64,000 nucleotides of DNA from Kiritimatiellia bacterium (lineage in GTDB: Bacteria; Verrucomicrobiota; Kiritimatiellia; CAIVKH01), in contig DAOLCW010000006.1 of NCBI GenBank assembly GCA_035327665.1, positions 165-64,164 of the forward strand. Direction: 5' to 3'. The position numbers were made by a program, and so were the translations under genes. Shown here one piece after another: positions 52,101 through 58,100 of this stretch (position 1 is its first letter; each line of letters begins with the position of its first letter). Below the pieces are notes generated by a model, which worked only from the letters and a program-made list of their open reading frames with translations, did no database searches and was not told where the DNA came from.

Positions 52101-55100
52101 CGCCACCAAATGCCGTGAAGCAATGACCGAAAAGGTGTAAGACGGTGAAGTGGACACAACCTCGTCCGTGGCCCCTTCGCGCCACTCCACAAAACTGCAG
52201 TACGCCGCCGGATTGGCGGTCAGCGTGCCGGCGATCCCGTAGGACCACAACCCCGCTCCGCTGACCGTGCCGAGACCCGCAGGCGATATCGTCACCGTCA
52301 CCGCGAACTGGGTCCGTTCGAACTCCGCCACGAGTGTTCCGCTGCCCTGTACCGCGAACGAATGGCTCGGTGAATAACTCACCACCTGACCGTTGAATAG
52401 CCACCTCCGGAAAACATACTTTTCCGGATCCCCGACCGTGGCCATCGCCGAAAAATACTCGTTTCCATAAAGCGAGGCGCCCGGCGTGACACTCCCGGCA
52501 TCCGGCGGCTGCACCGCCGTTTCGATCGTGTAGAGCGTCATCTCGCTGGGAAGCTCGGGAGCCTGCACCACCCGGAAGGTTGCGGTGCGCCCGGCCCCCG
52601 CGACCACGATCCACGCCATCCGCTCGGCGCTGGTATCGTTCAAATCCAGACTGTAGGTCAACGTCCCGCTGCCTGTTCCCGACGCGCCGCCGGTGATCGT
52701 GAGCCATGGCGCCGTCTTCGTGGCGGTCCAGCCGTGGTTGCTCTCGACCTCGAGCGCGTTTCCGGCGGAGGCTGCGCCGACGTGCTCGCGGTAGTGCGGC
52801 GCCACCGAGAGAAACGCCGGTGCGCCAGCCTGCCGGATCGCCACCGTGCGACTCAGCCCGCCTCCCGCAATCGTCACCACGCCATCGCGCGCATCCAGCG
52901 ACGGGTTCGGCTGGACCCGGTAATGCACAGTACCCGCTCCGGAACCGGTCGTATCACCGGTCAGTTCCAACCAGGCCGCACTACTCGACGCAGTCCACTC
53001 CACGTTGCCGCATACTTCGATAACGTGTCCCCCCGAGGCGGAGGCGTCGTGATCACCTTGCTCGGGGACAACCACTAACAAGGCGCGCTGCTCGATCTGG
53101 AAGACGCGCACCGCCCCCGCGCCGGCGATCACCGTGATCGTTCCACTGCGCGGCGCGCCGAAGGTGTTTGCGGCCAGGCTGAACCGAACGACCCCGTCGC
53201 CGACGCCGCTCGCATTCCCGTCAATCGTGATCCATCCGGAACTGGCGGTTGCCGTCCATGTCATGTTTCCGGTCACGCGCAGCGATTGCCCGGTCACGGC
53301 GGCGTTGCCAAAGGCGCGGTGGCTTTCCGCCAGTGCGATCGTCCGGGGCGTGTCGCGGTGATACGGATAGCTCTGCCCGGCATCAATCGTCCAGACATCC
53401 ACAAAATTCCAGCCGCTAAAGGTCCCCGCCTGTTGCAGCGCTTCGGTCGCCAGTCCCGTGCCGCCGCCCGAGCTGCTCTCCTGCCCCGAGGTGCCCGTGT
53501 CCCAGAAACAATCCGTGATGTTTCCGGTGTGGCGGTAGCCAATTAATCCACCCAACCCGGACGACCCGCTCACCGCGCCAAAACTGAAGCCGCGATCCAC
53601 GTTGCCCCAGTACCCCCCACTACCCCCCGCATACCCCACCAGCCCGCCGACATTGTAACCACCCCCGACTGCGGCCCCGCTGTAGCAGTCCGCGATCGTT
53701 CCCTGACGATGCCAACCGACCAGCCCGCCCGCCGTTTCGGTAAACGCCCGCACCCGCCCCAGACTGTAGCACTGGGACAGGATCGGCGAACTGAAGGTAT
53801 AGCCTACCAGGCCGCCCACATATCGCCCGCCGCCGACCTCCATGATCGCCGAGACGCGACGGACTTGCGCCGTTTGCAGATCGCCGATCACGCCACCGAT
53901 GTTGTCCGTCTGCCCGCGAACCGTGGCCGTCACGGCGACGTCCTCCACCAGTCCCGCACCGGTCATCTGACCGGCCAGCGCGCCGAGCGTGGACAGCCCG
54001 TGAACGTGCGCGTTTTCCAGACGCAACGAGCGCACGGTCGCGGCCCCGAGGTAGCCGAAGAGTCCCTGCCCGGCGGAAACCGGACGGTTGATCGTCAGAT
54101 TGCGGAGCGCGAACCCGGCCCCGTCCAAGGTGCCCGTGAAACGCGCTTCGGACGTCCCCACCGGCAGCCAGCCCTGCCCGGCATTCCAGATCGTGGTGTC
54201 CGCCAGGTCGATGTCCTGCGCCAGCCGATAGTGCGCCCCGGGCGCCAGCCGCATCGCGTTCAGTTCCGAGGCATTGTGCAGCACATAAGGACTGAGCTCG
54301 GTGCCCTGACCTTGCAGGTCTTCCAGCGCAACCGCATCGGGCGGGACATAACCCCTGAAATCCTGAAACGCCGGGTAGCCCTCGCCCCCATCTATCCGCC
54401 AGACCGTGTCAAAATTGAAGAAGGCGTAGTTCTCGCGCGTCCACATTGCCGTCGTCGTGCGACCCTGTGCGCCGCTCCCTCCCGCGCTGGTCTCCCGTCC
54501 TGAGGTCTCGGTATCCCAGAAGCTGTCCGTGACGTTGCCGGTGTGATGGGTGCCAATCAGACCGCCAACACTGGATCCACCACTGACTGCGCCGACACTG
54601 AAGCAGCGATGCATATTGCCCCAGTATCCCGAATTGCCACCCCAGCCCACCAGTCCGCCGACATTCGCTGGACCCGTAACGTCCGCGCCGCTGTAGCAGT
54701 CCGCAAGCGTCCCGGAACGATGATAACCGGAAAGCCCACCGATCGTGTTTCCGGTGCCCGCCACCTGACCGAACGCGGCGCTGTGGCGGACCTGAACTCC
54801 GCCATCCGTGTATCCGACCAACCCGCCCACATGGGAGACACCCTGCACGCGGACGTCCGCGGTCGCTCGATGGATTGTGCCTCCGTTCACATACCCCACC
54901 AATCCGCCGATTTCGCTGTTGTGCCCGCGGACGAGTCCTGCGACCGACACGTTATCGATCGTGCTGGTGTCCGCGCGTCCAGCGAGGATACCGACATAGC
55001 GGTTGCCATAGACCGTCACCCCCTCCAGCCGGAGGTCGCGCACGGTTGCGTTCTGCAGATAACCAAAGTATCCCTGATAATCCGACTCGGGCCGGTTGAT

Positions 55101-58100
55101 CGTCAGGTTGCGGATCGCGTAGCCCCCGCCATCGAAGGTGCCGGTGAAGGGGGCGCTCGACGTCCCGATCGGAATCCAGCCGGAGCCCGCGTTCCAGATC
55201 GTTGAATCCGAAAGGTCGAGGTCGCCTCCGAGGCGGTAGTGGGCGGCAAGGTTCTGGCCCATCGCCCGCAACGCCGCCGGCGTCGTGATTAGATAGGGGT
55301 CTTCGACCGTGCCGGCGCCGTCCAAATCGCCCAGCGCCACCTCGGGCGGCTCCACATATCCCGCGATGCGCTGCAGCGTCGGATAGTCAATGCCTTCCTC
55401 GATCCGCCAGATGCTCTGGAAGTTGAAGACCCCATAGGTGGCCTGCTGCTTCATCTGCTCGGTGGTGCGGGCCGCTCCGCCCGCACTAACGCTCAAACCC
55501 GACACCATTTCATCCCAGAACCCGTCCGCCTCGGTGCTGCCGTAGTTTCGCCCGACATACCCGCCCACATTACTGTTGCCCGAGACGGGTCCGGCGCTGT
55601 AGCCGCGCCGCAGGCGGCTGTAGTAGAGATAGCCGACCAGCCCGCCCACATCGCTCGCACCGGTAACCGCCGCCCGGCTGTAACAGTCGCTGACGATCTG
55701 ACCATACTGATACCCCACCACGCCCCCGACCTGATTGCGCCCCGTCACCGACCCCCGTGCAGAACTCTGGATCAGCGAACCGGCGCTACTCGACATATAA
55801 CCAACCAGCCCGCCCACCCGGTCACGCCCCCGCACCGAGGCACCCACCGATGAGGCAAACAGCCTTCCTCCATTGAGCCGTCCCACCACTCCGCCCCCGT
55901 CATCCACGGTATTCACCTGCCCAACCCCGTCAATTCGCGCCAGAGCGCAATTCTCCGCCCACCCCACCAGCGCCGCCGTGTAGTGCTGCCCCTGCACAGA
56001 CGCCTGCTCAAAGACCACCCCCTCGATCACGGCATCCTGCGCATAGGCGAACAACCCCTGGTAATCCGTCGTGGACCGGTTGATCGCGAGATTGCGCAGA
56101 ATGAATCCGGCGCCATTAAACCGACCCCGAAAGCGGTCCGCCGCCGCAGACCCGCCGACCGGCGTCCAACCCCGACCACCATCCCAGGCGACCGTGGCGG
56201 TCAGGTCGATATTCGCCGCCAACTGGTAGTGCGCATGCAGGCCGTGACGCATGGCATCCAGTTCCTGAACATTGGTGATCAGGTACGGCGAAGCAGCCGT
56301 GCCCTCCCCTTGCAGCGCAGCGGTCGTCAGATTCTGCCGTCTGGCCAAAGAACTCAAGTCGTTCAACTCCGGGTAGCCCGCGCCCTCTTCGATCGACCAG
56401 AGCGTGAAGAAATTCCAATTCCGGAACGTGACGCGCTGGCGGAGCATAGCGCTCGGCAAACCGGCTCCGGCCGGACTCGTCTCCCTGCCCGAGGTACCCG
56501 TGTCCCAGTAGCAGTCAGCTTCCGAACCCCCGTAATTGCGCCCCACGAAACCCCCGATATCCGATCCCGTGCCAGTCACCAGCCCTGAACTGTAGCTCCG
56601 CCGCACCGGGGCATAGTACAAATACCCAATCAACCCGCCGACGATGCTGCCGCCCTCGACCTCCGCCCAACTGAAGCAATCGGAAACCATGGCATAATTG
56701 GCTTGCACTCCGACCAGACCTCCAACGGAGGACGTACCGCGGACCGCGCCTTTGGCGGCGCTGTGATAGAGCGTCACCGCGGATCCATCAAGACGCCCTG
56801 CGACGCCTCCGATCTCAGTTGATCCCTGGACGGTCGCATCAACCATCACCCCGTGCAGCGCGCTGCTGCCCCCCGCATGTCCGATTGCGCCGCCGGTGTA
56901 GGTGCCGCCCTGCACCGCACCCGTGACCGTCACCCGGTCTACCAGGCTGGCCCCCGTGGTCGCGCCCGCCAGCGCTCCCACGTAGGCCGCTCCCTGCACG
57001 GCGGCATCCTCCAGTGCCAGATGCTGCACAACCGCCCCGTTCAAAACGCCGAACAGTCCCTGGTAGTTGGTGCCCGGGCGCGCAATGGTCAGCCCCTGAA
57101 TCGCATGCCCATTCCCGTTCAGCCGACCATGGAAAGCGTTTGCGGAGGTCCCGACCGGAACCCACCCCGCGCCCTCGTTCCAGGGGGCGATACCAAGGTC
57201 GATATCCTCGACCAACCGGAAATGCTGCTCCCAGAACACCGAGCCCAGAAACTCCCGCAGGTTGTTCAACTGCGCCGGCGTCGCGATCTGCCAGGGATTT
57301 TCTTCCCGCCCCGTCCCATCCAGAAACAGGTGCACCGCGCCACGCGGCACATCGGCCCGACCCGCAGTGTCGCGCACCGTGACCTCGAACTTCAGAAACC
57401 GCCCCGCGTCCGCCTCAGTCTGCACCCAGGTCGCGCCGGTGGCTCCGGGGATCAGATCGAAGGGACCGTTCGCGGCCAGCCCCCGGTACCACTGGAAGGT
57501 CGTGCCCAACTCGGTGTCGCCGGCATCGCCCGGATGGTAGACGTAGTGTCCGGTGAGCGTGTTGCCGACACCATCGCGTCCCGTCACCCGCACCGGATGG
57601 GCCCACGGCGCTACGAGGGACACCCCGACGATGTGCCCGGACTCGCCCGCGAGCAGGTACGGCTCGCTGTACTGGCCCTCGTGACCAATACCCCAGGTCG
57701 TCGCGAAATCCCAGCCCACGTAGGTCGACTGCAGCACCATTTGCTCCGCCGGCTTGCCCCCGTGGCCGCCGTCGCCGGCGCTCGTGGTCCGACCCGAGGT
57801 CGTCACGTTCCAGTAGGAGCGCTCGATCCGCGTGCCCGCCGTGGCCGACCCGACCAGCCCGCCTACGTTGTTCGCGCCACTGACTGCCCCGACGCTGTAG
57901 CACTCAATCACGCGACCGCCGGCCAGGCTCCCGACAAGCCCACCGATCAGCCCCGTGCCCTGTGCCGCTCCACGCGCGTAGCTCTGCTCGACCCAGGCCC
58001 GGTCTCCGGCCATCTCGCCAACCAGCCCGCCCACGCGCTGCGCCCCCGTAGCCGATCCCAACGCGAGCGAGCGCAACACCTGGCTGTTCTCGTGGTACCC